From: Azolla caroliniana
Lineage: Eukaryota > Plantae > Polypodiophyta
Length of the DNA: 64,000 nucleotides
NCBI GenBank assembly: GCA_043228905.1
Contig: JBHGNT010000022.1
Span: forward strand, 3,410,001-3,474,000
Direction of reading: 5' to 3'
A program made the translations under genes and the position numbers. The notes under the pieces were generated by a model that was not told the DNA's origin, made no database searches, and saw only the letters and a program-made list of their open reading frames with translations. This document shows positions 25,223 to 38,500 of this stretch, piece after piece (the stretch's first letter is position 1; each line of letters opens with the position of its first letter).

Positions 25223-25363
25223 TTGTGACAGACGTTGTCAGCTTTTTATCCATCTTGGACGGTGGAGATCGAACGCGCCATCAACGGTGCGACCTGCACC
25301 GTCCCTCTCCGCGATTCCTCACTTGCCCTCTTTAATATTTGGTAGCAGTTAGTCACGAGCCAC

Positions 25364-25416
25364 ACATATACATACATATATATATATATATATACATACA
25401 AACATACATACATACA

Positions 25417-25474
<58 letters not shown>

Positions 25475-25510
25475 TGTATGTGTTACATGTATATATATGC
25501 ATATACATAC
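25364..25510. repeat. Compound (TA)n/(CATA)n/(TATG)n microsatellite
   Basis: Directly visible. The CATA run switches to its reverse complement TATG at ~25446. Confidence 0.95.
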
Positions 25511-25573
25511 TGAATCCATACTTCTTCTTTCTTGTTGGGCGATTCCCTCACTGCCTTCTCTTTGAGCAGGAAG

Positions 25574-28500
25574 ATGGTCTCTGAGGCACTCTCATTGCCC
25601 TTTGCTTCTCTCTATCCTTCCCTATCCCTTTGCAACTCCCCTTCTGCTTCTGCTTCCTCCTCCTCCCTCCATTTCAGCCCAACCAGAGCTTTTGATTGCC
25701 CTGTTCTTCCCGCCTCAATCCAATGCAAGGGTAGGGCTTCCTCGATTTCGAGATTGTCGTCCCCTGTTCTTCCTTGGCGGCTGCCTGTAGTCAATGACAA
25801 AAATATTCCATGTACAACAGAATCGGAATTGGAATCAGGGTCAGAATCCGAACCCGAATCCGAATCTCAACCATTTAGTGTTGTTATGAAGTTTGGAGGA
25901 TCCTCTGTAGCGTCGGCGGAGAGAATGCGAGAAGTGGCAGACCTCATAAGAACATTTCCCAATGAAAAACCAATCATCGTGCTCTCTGCTATGGGAAAGA
26001 CCACTAATCACCTATTGCAGGTCAAATATTTGTAGTAAATCATTTTTCAATTTTCTCTCACATGATGTTGATTCATTGCTATTATCAATCCATTAGGATT
26101 GTATACACATATATATGATTTGTGGCCAATCGTAGTCACGTGGGCTTTGATCCATTGCATTCGTCAATTCATTAGGAATGTGTGTGTGTGTGTATATATA
26201 TGATAACTTACATTCTAGTTGATCGGCCCAGGCTGGTGAAACTGCGGTAAAATGTGGAGTTGCAAAATGCTGCCATATCAAGGAACTCAATATTGTGAAG
26301 CAATTGCACATCGAGTATGCTTTGCTTGTTGACAATACATTTTTGCATTTTGTTGTAATCGAAGAATTTTTATTTTCTTCTTAGTTTTCAGTTATTTCTT
26401 AAAATTCTATTGAGTTTATTTGACTGTATTTAACAAATAATATCTAATAATATAGAACAGCAAATGAATTGAATGTCGATCAAGGGGTGATTTCAGGCAA
26501 GTGGAACTTAAAGTCCTTCACAAGTTCTTCATGTTTGCTTGCTGATAAGATGAACTAATTTTAAAATCTTTGTCCTCTTTTGTTCTAATTACAGACATTC
26601 TGGAAGAGCTTACTCAATTAATGACAGGGATTGCGCTGATGAAAGAGATGACTGATCGGACAAAGGATTATCTTGTGTCATTTGGCGAGCGGCTTTCAAC
26701 GAGAATTTTTGCTGCATACTTGAAGAACAATGGTGTGAAGGCAAAACAGGTTGAGCTACTAGATTCTTTTAAAATTGATAGGGAAAGAGTGCAGGTTTCC
26801 TGGACTGAGATTTAAATAATTGTCAACATAGTTTTTCCATTGTAAAATCATTCAGATTGTAAAAGAAAATTCATATTATTTACATTTTCAGATAAAAAGA
26901 ATGAGACACATGATACAAACTTATATCTATTATAAAACATTTAGGTGATTATTATATCTATCATAATGCATATTGATTTAGATTCTGTAATAATATGGGT
27001 AGAGATCATAGACACATTACTATATCAACACCCAAAACACCTAAAACTAACATGTCAATTAGAGAATGCAGCCTCATCAACTTATATATATTGTGGCTTA
27101 AAAGCTGAAGGTAAACTAGTATAGAGAATATTTGCCTGATATAGCTAGAAAGAAGCATAGTATATGAACGAGAAAATGGTGTTAACCATAGTTTAAGCAT
27201 CAGTTGTAGCGAAGTATTCAGCATAAAAAACATTGTCTCTGAAAAGCTTCAACTTTTACCAAGAAATTTATATTATTTTTCGAATATGCGTCCGTATGTA
27301 TGCCCAGATATATTAGAAAAGAATCATAATTATAACTATTTGCATGATTTTCTCTTCCATTAACAATTCACAGTATATTTGTACTATGTTTATGGTGTGA
27401 TTTTGTTGTCACGTAGGTTACATGGTGCATCAATAATATAGTTTGCGAACTTCTTCATAGAATTTGTGCACAGACATATGCCTATATAATACCCATGGTA
27501 AATTTACGGGATTTTGTGGTATCTCCATTTTCTGAGCTGAATTTTCATGTTTGCAGTACGATGCTTTCGACTTGGGTTTCATTACAAGTGATGAGTTCAC
27601 AAATGCTGACATCTTAGAGGCGACATATCCTGCTATAGCTTTAAAACTTGTTTCTGACTGGTCAAAGGAACAAGGTATTATTCCAATAGTGACAGGTTTT
27701 CTGGGAAAGGTATCGTCTTTGTAAACATGATTTGTCGATGTATTCCCCTCTTGGTTTAAATGGTGTGTTGATCTCTTTGTGTTGTCATCATATCACTCTT
27801 CCAGGGCCAGAAATCTGGTGCTATTACAACATTGGGTAGGGGTGGAAGTGACTTGACAGCGACTGCTATTGGGAAGGCATTAGGATTGAGAGAAATCCAG
27901 GTATAGATGTAATTGAATGAGAGTGTCTTCTATTCCATAACAGATGAATAGAATCATTTCATCTGTATCATGATCTTGGATTGGTCCTTATATCTGTATC
28001 CATTACTTACAATAGTTAGAGGGTGGTGGCTTGCCAAACTCACTGCTTATAATCTTTTGAAGTTATTAATTGATGCAAACGATGATAAAGAACTCTGACA
28101 TGTATGTATATACACATAGATGTGCATGTGATGTGAATATAGCATAATCTGTCGTTATACACAGGGAAAGTAAAAGCATGCATGTAAAATAACTATTAAC
28201 TGAACTGAAATGATTTCATGGCACTATCCAAAAGATTCTATGATGGTAATCCTAAAATCATCCACACTAATGGCAGTAGATTCTGAATCTGCTATATACA
28301 ACAGGTATGGAAGGATGTGGATGGGGTCTTGACATGTGATCCTAATATTCACCCAGCTGCAATTCCTGTTCCATATCTTACTTTTGATGAAGCAGCAGAG
28401 TTGGCTTACTTTGGTGCCCAGGTGATTATTCTCTTTTATTAGAAACTTCAAATTGGTTTCTTTTGTCCAATATTGGAGGTTTTCTTGACTAAGGTTTTTG

Positions 28501-30762
28501 AAATTTTCTTGATGATGCCTTTACTGGGCAGGTACTCCATCCTCAATCAATGAGACCGGCGAGGGAAGGGAACATACCTGTGAGAGTCAAGAATTCTTAC
28601 AACCCACAAGCTGCTGGGACCCTCATAAAAAAAACACGTGATTTAAGTGAGGTTTGTGTTGTTTTCATGTTGAAAAGGGAAGGGGGTGGTGGTCCTAGGG
28701 TGTGTTCTAAATAATTATTTTTCAAGAATGTTGCCAATTCGACTATAGAATAGGGAATACAAGTAAAACTCACCAAAATAATAAGCGAAATATTGTGTAA
28801 TTGAAAAGATCAGCTCAATTTCCTATACTTGTAATGTTTGATACCTGTAATGTTGCCCAACTGGATTCATATTTAACAAATTCGAAATGCTCCTTACTTT
28901 TTGAACAGACATTTTTGACGAGTATTGTGGTGAAACAGAATGTTACCATGTTGGATATTGTCAGTACTAGGATGCTTGGACAGTACGGTTTTCTTGCAAC
29001 TGTAAATTCTTATTCAGATGCTCAAGTTTTAATTCATGGATATCATGCAAATTTCATTGATGATTAACTTTTTGTATTAAATAATACTAATTGTTTTCAT
29101 TTGGGCATGTGGTAGGTCTTTACAATCTTTGAGAAACTTGGCATCTCAGTAGATGTCGTTGCAACAAGTGAAGTCAGCATCTCGCTGACTCTTGACCCTT
29201 CCAAATTATGGAGCAGAGAGCTCATTCAACAGGCAACTCTAGCTTTGAACTTGTTTATGGTCACACGTGCATTTGGGACTAGTGATTTAGCTATGTGCTG
29301 TTATTGTAGGTTAAAAAAGTACCTAATTAGTTGTCATTAGTTGATACTATTAATTTTTTATCATTAATGACATCATTCAATTAATTTGTTTGTCCTATCA
29401 TCAGTAAGATGTTGAAAGATTATATCATTATTTTTATTATGACATTTTACAAATAAGGATCAGGAAAACTAATTTATGGCAATGATTTAACTAATGATCA
29501 CCAATGCCAACATTCCCAATGAAGACTAACTAGAGCTAAGTATATTGCTAATGAGGATTACGCACATAATCAAATCACTAACGCCAACTTATGCTTTAAT
29601 GAGGCTTATAATGTTATGTTATTGGCAGGAACTTGATCATATGGTGGAAGAGCTTGAAAATATTGCCATTGTCAAACTTTTACGAAATCGATCCATTCTT
29701 TCTTTGATTGGGAATGTCGAACGTTCATCCCTTATCTTAGAAAAGGTTTATGTATCCACAAACTTAATTAATTTTAGCATAATCTATGCTTACAAAAAAG
29801 TGGTTATAGTTCATCAATCTCGTTTTCCCAGCAAGTTCTATACACACTTAAAGTCGAGAGATTGATAAGCTAATCAATTGTGGTTTCACATTATGATCTA
29901 TTTAAGAATTGAACTTGAGGTCTACAGACTTGTAGGGTAAAGGCTCTAGAAATATAAATTTCAGAATTATATTCATTCCTTATTGATTTTCTAAACAATA
30001 CATTGATTCCCGTTTTGTTTGCCCACTTATTGAGAGGGAGATGTAAGTCTTGAAGTTCCGACCTATGGCGAACCATGCAAAGGCCCAAATCATAGGCCAA
30101 AGCTCGTATTCCCTACCCGTTTTTCCTCTCTTTTTGAATAATGCTAGAAGCTAGAAAAGAGTTCAACTTGGTACCCCTGATACATTTGTCCTTTGTATTT
30201 GAGCCATATAGTGTGTAGGAAAGAACCTGTGACTTGTGTGTACTTATTATACTTATTATGTATGTTTCTCTTTGCCAGGTATTTTCCGTCTTCCAGGAAC
30301 AGGGAGTGAATGTGCAAATGATTTCACAAGGAGCATCTAAAGTGAGTCTAGTTTGGTGTTGTAACCAATGAATGTATCTGTTCAACCTAATCATGCTGTG
30401 GGGCTAAGCACCCAAATACCCATCCCTGGTTGATTAGTTACCAAAATTCCCATAATTTTAGGGTTGAGCTAAAAAATTACCAGAATTCTCGTTTATAATA
30501 CAAAATTTACTACACAGGCATTCTGATAACATTTGAAAACTTGGGTATATTCAGTAAACACTCAACAAGTGTTTTCCCCTTATGCTTTTTAGGGTTTCTT
30601 AGTGAATGTATTGTCCATATTCAGGTAAACATTTCATTGATTGTCAACGATGATGAAGTGGAAAGATGTGTGAAATCACTTCATGCGGCTTTCTTCGAAA
30701 CATCAACAGTCATTGATGGAGGTAGTTCGTGTTGCACTGAAGATGTTCTCTCCCTTTCATAA
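25574..30762 (+). CDS. AK: Monofunctional (lysine-sensitive type) aspartate kinase with plastid transit peptide, 13 exons
   Basis: Exons 25574-26020, 26232-26314, 26456-26496, 26595-26749, 27557-27709, 27805-27900, 28305-28421, 28532-28651, 28909-29001, 29116-29232, 29629-29745, 30279-30341, 30625-30762. Motifs [37 protein letters not shown] and ACT domains ([20 protein letters not shown]). Ser-rich N-terminus. Confidence 0.96.
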
Positions 30763-32142
30763 TTGTAGAAACTGAGCATTACAAGCTTGGTTGGCTATAC
30801 TTCGTTGCAATATTAACCATTTGATCAACATTGGTCACAACATGGAGAAAAGGTGACCTAACAATAGACCCATGTGTAAGTTTAATGTGTTTTTTTGCCA
30901 CTCGAAATTTTTCATGCACGGTATTGTGGCAAATTAATACATATAGAAAAGCATTCTTATATGGTGTCAGGACGTTCATGTCTAGCCGTTGACCCTAAAT
31001 ATTCAGACATGTGTGTTATGAATTGATAATCCTAAATAGTGCTGGAAGAGGTCGGAACTACAATAATTTATTCTAATTAGATGCATTAGTTTTAGATTTA
31101 TTCATCCTCTCCAAAACCTTTTCAATCATGGGGATTCTGAAACAATAGATGGATTATGAATAAGAGTCAACAGTAACTGCATTTGCGCTAGCTCTCAGAT
31201 GGCATCACAATTCTTGTGTGTTAATCCACTAATCTTACTGTTCAGCCCTCATTGGGGGTAAAACTCCATCACAGTAACCTTTGTTATTCATACCCCTAGC
31301 AATTATGAAGACTTTCTAAATGTCATTTACTATTTCCAACCCCTCAAACTTGTATTGCCAATGCTGAGTTTTTTACTCAAATTTTGTGTTCTTATTGGTA
31401 AGGAGAAGGATGGTGAAGTATGCCTTTGTAGCTCTTTAGATCAAGCTTTTGCATGGTTTCACAATCATGAAAACTTTGATGTTATTTTACCGCAGAAAAC
31501 ACCATTAAAGATGTTTTCGACTATTTTATGTTTTTGTTGACAAAAGAATAGTGAAGTATGCCTCTTTTGTAGCACGTTAGATCAAGCTTGTGTGATTACA
31601 CAATAATGAAAACATTATTGTTACTATGCCAAAGACTTCTTTTCATCAGCTGGTTCTGATTAGATTTATTTATTGTGTCCTGAAACTTGATTTCATTTTT
31701 GATCAAATGCTGACAAGTAATATGATTTGATCACCATTTTTTAAATGAAATGAAGTCTCATGATCTGGAAACTCTCGATCCATACACATGATTGAAATTA
31801 ATGTTCATGTGCCAAAGTCTTCTTTTCACCTATTATTAGATTTTTGTGTCATCTAACCTAAATTTCATTTACTTCAAATACCAATGAAAAGTATGGTTTA
31901 ATCACTATTTTTTAAATCAAATGAAGTCGTATTATTTGGAATTTCTCAATCCATACACTTTATTCAAACTTCCGAAAGAATCTTCAATGTGTAATTTGGT
32001 CTCAAATAAAACTATTTACTTGGATTGAAATGAACAAAATTCTGCAAGGAGACTAGCATAAGCAGATCAGAATTATACGAGTGTGCTGTACATCAGGCCC
32101 TGAGCAAAACTATTACACATTTACATCTGTCAAAATGGAATA

Positions 32143-32207
32143 GAGTACATAACCAAACCGCTATACCTATGTTAGGTGAAACTCCATGAAGGGTTCAATC
32201 TTGACTC
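32143..32207 (-). promoter_or_regulatory. Putative conserved complementary motif pair (stem-loop) in the HD-ZIP IV 3' UTR
   Basis: The minus strand reads GAGTCAAGATTGAACC...GCGGTTTGGTTATGTACTC about 300 nt after the stop. This resembles the AGTCAAGAAC / GGTTCGGGTATTGACT pair known from class IV HD-ZIP 3' UTRs. Confidence 0.5.
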
Positions 32208-32508
32208 AAACAGTTGACTGATAGGATAGGTTCACATTTAAAAATCATCTCTCAAATTTACAACAAATCGAAGCCTATTGCCATGATGTGCTTGATGATG
32301 GCACTCCACTATGAGCCCAGCAAGTGTAGAGGAAATGAAAATATTATACCCCAGCTCGATATTATCTTGGAAATGTTTCCAACGAACAATGTACTGTGAT
32401 GTAAAAAATATATAGCCTAGTGGTTATAACGAAGCCTTGATATTTGGATCACTGTTACATAAAGCTGAAGGTGATTAGAAGCTATAAAGGGTGAACCTGG
32501 TTTGGCTA

Positions 32509-35500
32509 CTACTCCTTGACTACCACACTCTTTATTCGACAAACTGTGGATGAGATGAGGTTGTTGACAGTGGCAACTGACTCTAGTGAGAGTTTGGCAC
32601 TTGGAACATGATCTACCAATATTTGGAAAGCAACGGTAAGAAGACAACCGGATGTGGCTGTGGTAGTTGGACAAGCCTTGTCGGCTACCTTATTGTTGAA
32701 GAGAGAGGTACGTTCAGAGGATGAGTTAGTATTCCCATCTGGGAGTATAGCAAATCCTGATGGGAGTAGCAGCACTATATCTGGATCTCCTCCTTTAAGC
32801 ACTGCTCCCATGGCTGCAACATCAACGGGTGCATATATTACTAACGAGCAAGATTTATCTGTGCAGCAATCCTGGAGTATAAGCATGTTACTTTGATTCG
32901 AATTCACAGCCTGTTGAAAAATACAAAACCACAAGAAAGGGCATGCATTCAAATTTTGAGCTGGTAAATTTGCTTGTATAGTATGTATATAGTCATACAT
33001 GCCCCAGTAGGCTCATATTAAAAAAGAATATTCTTTGCATCACGTTCACTAAGTAGTTTACTTTTTTGGGGGGTTGGCGGGGGATACCAAAATACCCCCA
33101 AGTGGTAGTATTTGAAATATAGGAGTAATCTGGAATCAATCAAGCCCAAGTATTTTGATGTTTTGTTCTTGCAAGAAAGCAAAATGTAAATTTAACTCCT
33201 TATTCATCTTCTCAACTTTACACAACTAAGCTTTTGGTACAATGTAAAATATACATCCAAACTTACTTGAATTTCATCCAAAACATACTCACATTCACTT
33301 TCAACAAGGAAACGGAGTTGCCTGGGTCTTGCCCTTTAGGTACATGGAGAATCTCTTCTACTATGCCCATGTTGGAAAGAATATCCCACTAGAAAAAAAC
33401 CAAACAAATAACTTCTTCTTCAGATGAAAAGTATAACCATCACAGTCCAATGCAATTAACTGTAACATTTTATTTCCAATGGATTAAACCAAAAAATCAT
33501 TTTATTTAATGTGATAACCATCAGTTATCTAATTCCAATGGAAATTACCATAATCATTCATTTCCAATGAAAAATCATAATCGGTCAAATTTTCACTTCC
33601 AACTTTAACTAATTTATCACCTCGGCCCTGTATCTTTCATCACGAAGAAATTGGAAAATTCGATCCGGTGAGACAGGGAGCCAGAGGGAAGTAGCTGCAC
33701 TGAGAAATATAACCGGAGGGCGGCCAGGATTGTCAACGCTCTTGCGGATGACGACATGGCAATCATCAGAAGGGCCATCCATACCAGAAAGAGTTATCCA
33801 CATGTGATTGACCGAGGCACTCACTCCCCCGCAGAAGTTGTTGGTCATACGCTCAGCTAGCTTCAGCAGACTTCGACGCCCCTCAGGGCTCTGGAGCACT
33901 ATAAAACAAAACACAGACAATTTTCCTAATCTTTTCTTCCTTTTATCAAAAATTCTACCCATCTTCCCTTAAACCCTAAATATTGTCAAATTTTAAATAT
34001 TTTCTTCCATTATCAACGGTTATGACAGCACCTACTCATCTCCGAACAATAGAAATTAAATGTTAAACATATTGTTGCAGTTCGTAATTAGTACCTGAAT
34101 GGCTGCCGGGGATGGAGCTCGTGTTGGACAAGAGGCTAGCAATACGTTCACACTGGCGCTGGAGAGTGGTGACCCATCGTTGAGCACCGAAGGCCAAGCC
34201 ACTATCTACTAGCTCTTGGTAGGATGGATGTACCCCTGCATCGTCCACCTCTACATGTTCTACCCAGGTGACCTGTATGGCATACGTAAGATCACGTCTA
34301 TTAAACACCATCCATTTGAAACATGTACGTTGTTTAATCACCCAGTTCCACCATCTTGCCAATGGACAAAAGGATATCTACACTAAATTGCCTTCATAAT
34401 CCGCACAAGCCTGGATATTATTAAGATGATCATGTATAATAGCCACATTTTCAAACTCAAGTTCGTGCATCAGTACATGACAAGACCATGCACTGATATT
34501 AAGAGCTTTTCACACATTTACAAAACCTCAACTTCTAAATACAATAAGCTATTATATTAAAAACTGGAAAAGGCAATATAAAGTTCAACTTCTAAATACA
34601 ATAAGCTATTATATTAAAAACTGGAAAAAGGCAATATAAAGTTATAGTTTTATTTTTCTTCATTTATTCTTTCTTCTTTTTTGTACAAATGAAATCATTT
34701 GATGACAGCATGTTCTTGTGTTATCTCCATCCTAGGTGTCATTGGATTGTGAGCAGTCATTTCTAACTTTGATAAAAAAGTTTGTACGTAACTTCTGCTG
34801 TTTAGAGTGAAACATGTTGCAAGGATAAATGTTCATGGATGCTCGCACGTTCAGTTCTACAATCATTGATAATGGATTAATTCCAAAGTAATTGGCACAT
34901 TTGAATCATATAGTTCCCCGACCATATGGCATTTTCTGTGGTTTGTTCATACGGTGAAATTACTCTGTGATCTTATTCAACGCAAATTTTGATGCATGCT
35001 TCACAATATGCATTACCAATGGAATGAGTTAACTGTGGTATACCTTCAACTTTTCTTCCTCTATTTCCTTTTGATAACTTGAGGAAATGATTTGCTAGCA
35101 TCAATTTCAGATCTTTGTTAACACTGACAGCAAGTCAAGGTACAAGATCTTCAAGTGTTTCTGAATAACAAAGTTAGTACCCTCTCCTCTTGAAGAAGTC
35201 ATACTGCCAAAGATGAAAATATTGTCCAGTATAGCAAGTTAGAAATCTATCTTTCCATGGAAAGCATTGTCATTCAATATACACAGCGGTTTGTTTTCCA
35301 GAGGCATACTCAGCACAAAATTCACTCCAAGTTGATTGAGATACTTGTTCCATATAACTGTAAATGCATTTGTTCAAAATCAATCAAGAAATTGCCCCAA
35401 ATCTCACTTGTCACTGTTGACTTATATTTTGCCACAGTATTCTTGTTAATATGTCCTATGCAACAAAGATTCTTGCTTTTTGGAAATACAACGGCCAAGG

Positions 35501-38500
35501 CATTCATCAACACTAGCTTTCTGTCAGTTACAACCACATTGATGGATTGCTTGAACTTCTCCAACGCCCATACGTAACTAACATCAATTTCCCCTCTGAG
35601 GAATACAAACCCCCCATTGAATATGTTGATGGGATGCCAACCAACCACATTGGGAAAGGGCACGCCAGACTTATTTTTCTTGTATGCGCAATCCATGACA
35701 AACACACTATACCATCTTATGCACATTTTAATGAATTCCTCGTAATAATACAGCAAATGTTTCGCTACTGATATTATTGTCAAGAGGGCCTATAAAAATA
35801 TCTAATGCTTGCTTTAAAGTCATTTTATACAGAGCAAGATGCCGGTCAACCTTGATAAAACTAACTTGATAGTGTTTAACACCACCCAAACATGGGTAAA
35901 AAGATCAGAATGAGATTTCATCTCACGAAAAGAAAAGGTGGCATACACACAATCATACACATATATAGGAGTGACATTTACAGAGCCTTGATTCCCCTGC
36001 CTGTGCTCAATTTTCTCACGGATACCATTGAAAAATAATGTGCACATATCCAATTACAAGAACCACGAACTAAATTGTGGTAGTTTGGTACACTCGTGAA
36101 CCAACCCTTCTCTATGACCAAGCCTCTTCGAGCTTATAATGGAACAGGTTTACAGATAACTTGGCCACAATGATAGCTACATGATAAGGAGTGAAGCACC
36201 TTTACCGCATGATATAATCTGGTAAGGAATGGAGGCATTCCTAATAGGGACTGATCCAACAAATTTGGGAGTCCCCTAATCAAAGATAGTCAAGATTGTC
36301 TTTACGTCATCAAAACAGCTGGCTGAATATTGAAACAATCATTATTGGTACCTTGAAATGCAAGAATGTTCCAATTGCATGGCGTAAGTATAAAGACACT
36401 TTCCCCATTCCTATATAGCTTGGATTATCCACACCTGAACATGACTAAACTGGAAAAGAAAAGAATGATTCGAGCTGACATCATTAATTTGGAAAATATA
36501 AGAGCATGGATCAGCCCAACAACATCTCTAGGTATGAGGATAGCTTACTACAAGGCACTCTATTCACACAGCTCGCAGGATGGTTTTATTATCAGACCTT
36601 ACATGGATACACATCTATCTCATGCGCTCTGTCGTGGGATAGCGCAGATCAAAACCTTTTGAGATCAATTAGAAATTGAGATAGGCTGATATGCATATGA
36701 ACCTATGGAAGAATGGATATGACAATTGTGCCATCAACGGGTGGATTCAAAAAATGCCATGTCTGTCACTGGTGGTTTTTATGACATAAGGAGATGCCAT
36801 TGCCTCTTCAAATAAGGTTTTGGCCCACTACCCAAGATCATAGAATACGAATCCCAACAGTGCTTGGAACTGTTTTTGTTAGAACTCATGAGACATAGAG
36901 AGGAGTTGAAAGATAACAACCACAACAGCTAATCAATAGAGAACAATCACAGCTTTCTTTAGCCATGTCACTCTATCTCATGCTACGGAGTCAATCGCGA
37001 ACTACATAAGTGGATTCTTAACGATGGCACTCAAAAGGGAATACGATAGATCATGCAATAGCAATATGTCTCTTGTGCACATAGGCCACAACCATCTTAA
37101 CCACGATCTCGTCACGCTTGTCACCAACAAATAAAGGTCATCATCACCTGGCACCAATTTTAGAAATTTCGTGGCTTGATCACTATTGTTTAATAGTTCT
37201 ATAGCTCCTGATTTTTCTTGTGACTTCAAATGGCTTGCAATGGAGTGACATGTAGGATTAGCTACTGGTTCATGAGATCATTTCAATGATTTTCCAAACA
37301 TCAAGCCTTTTGAAATATTAAGTGGTAACTCCAAAGGGGCAATCAATGAGTCTTGTTCCTATATGATTTATATTTTCCAATCAGGTAATCCTCTTTTAGT
37401 AATTTCTGCCCAAATTACACTTCAACCATACTTTGCCTTGATGACAACTATTCTTGATCAAACTCATATAAAAGTTGGCTTCACAAAACTCTTTGATATA
37501 CTGAAGCCCTGATTGGTAGGAAAGTTTTTGAGAGGTCCATAACCAAAGAGGAAGAAGAGGAAGAAAAAGAAATATCAATGCTAAACATTAGGTTAGAATT
37601 AGAATTTGAAGAAGAACGATGATGCAGAAAGAAAGATATATTAATGTCTTTTAAGAGGCCAAAATGGCCTATAAGACGAAACAAGAGATTACAACTTAAG
37701 TGTTGTCTCGTCTTTGAGAACAACAAATCAAAATAAAATAAATATTACTCAGTAAGAGAAAAGAAGAAAAACATAGATGGATGGAAAAAAAGCAACGTTT
37801 AGCTAATTTAGTTCCACTTTGTGTGGATTTAGAATTTTCCTATTTTCATATACAATTTATGAGTGTTCAATGCTGGAATGGAGTTTATCTTGTCAGCATT
37901 GGTGTTTGACAACCAGAATGGACTCTTGTTACATGAAGAGTTATCTAGAAATTAGTAAAAACTTATTTGGCATCGAACTGATCTCAATTTTACCGTTGTA
38001 TACGAAAGATAATTACCTTGGAGTAACCATTGGAAGTCTCCTCGATTACACACCCTGATGGACGTTTTCGACATCTTAATAAGGATGGAGGAGGGTTCCC
38101 TCGTAAACTGTCTAAAGATACATCTACCACCACCCATAGATGGTCCACCTGCTTAGAATATCTTAGGAAGTAGATTTCCCTCGCAGGTACAAGAGGTGAG
38201 GGTAGTTGTAACTCTGCGTAGATCTGTACCAAAAAACAAAGAAGTCCACAATAAAGCAAACGAGATTGAATCAAACCAATTCTTAGGAAAGTTCTAACAT
38301 AAGGAGTCAATTGAAATAAAACTGTAATGAGATCATTAAAACCCGCATATGTTTCTCATACATACCAAGTGCATTGCACCATCAAACGTATCACCAGTTC
38401 CATTTGATAGTACTTCAACAGTTTGTGCCTTTGCTATGATACATGGGAACATTTCTGTCCATCGCACCTGAGAAAAGTGTGTAAAAAAATGAAAAACATA

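Larger units (their letters stand above)
10309..25363 (+). mobile_element. Large Mutator-like (MULE) DNA transposon with ~100-bp imperfect TIRs
   Basis: 10309-10415 (GTGTCTAACTACTACAAAATATTAAAGAGGGCAAGTGAGGGAATCG..GAGAGGGACGGTGCAGGTCGC) is the inverted match of 25252-25363. It encloses a MULE/SWIM transposase and a Ulp1-like remnant, and both ends abut CA/TA microsatellites. Confidence 0.85.

Noticed and set aside
25246-25584. ORFs with MYVC/IHTY repeats
   Set aside because: Translations of the microsatellite.
31410-31960. Degenerate direct repeats between the two host genes
   Set aside because: Old local duplications with no termini, ORF or structure suggesting function.
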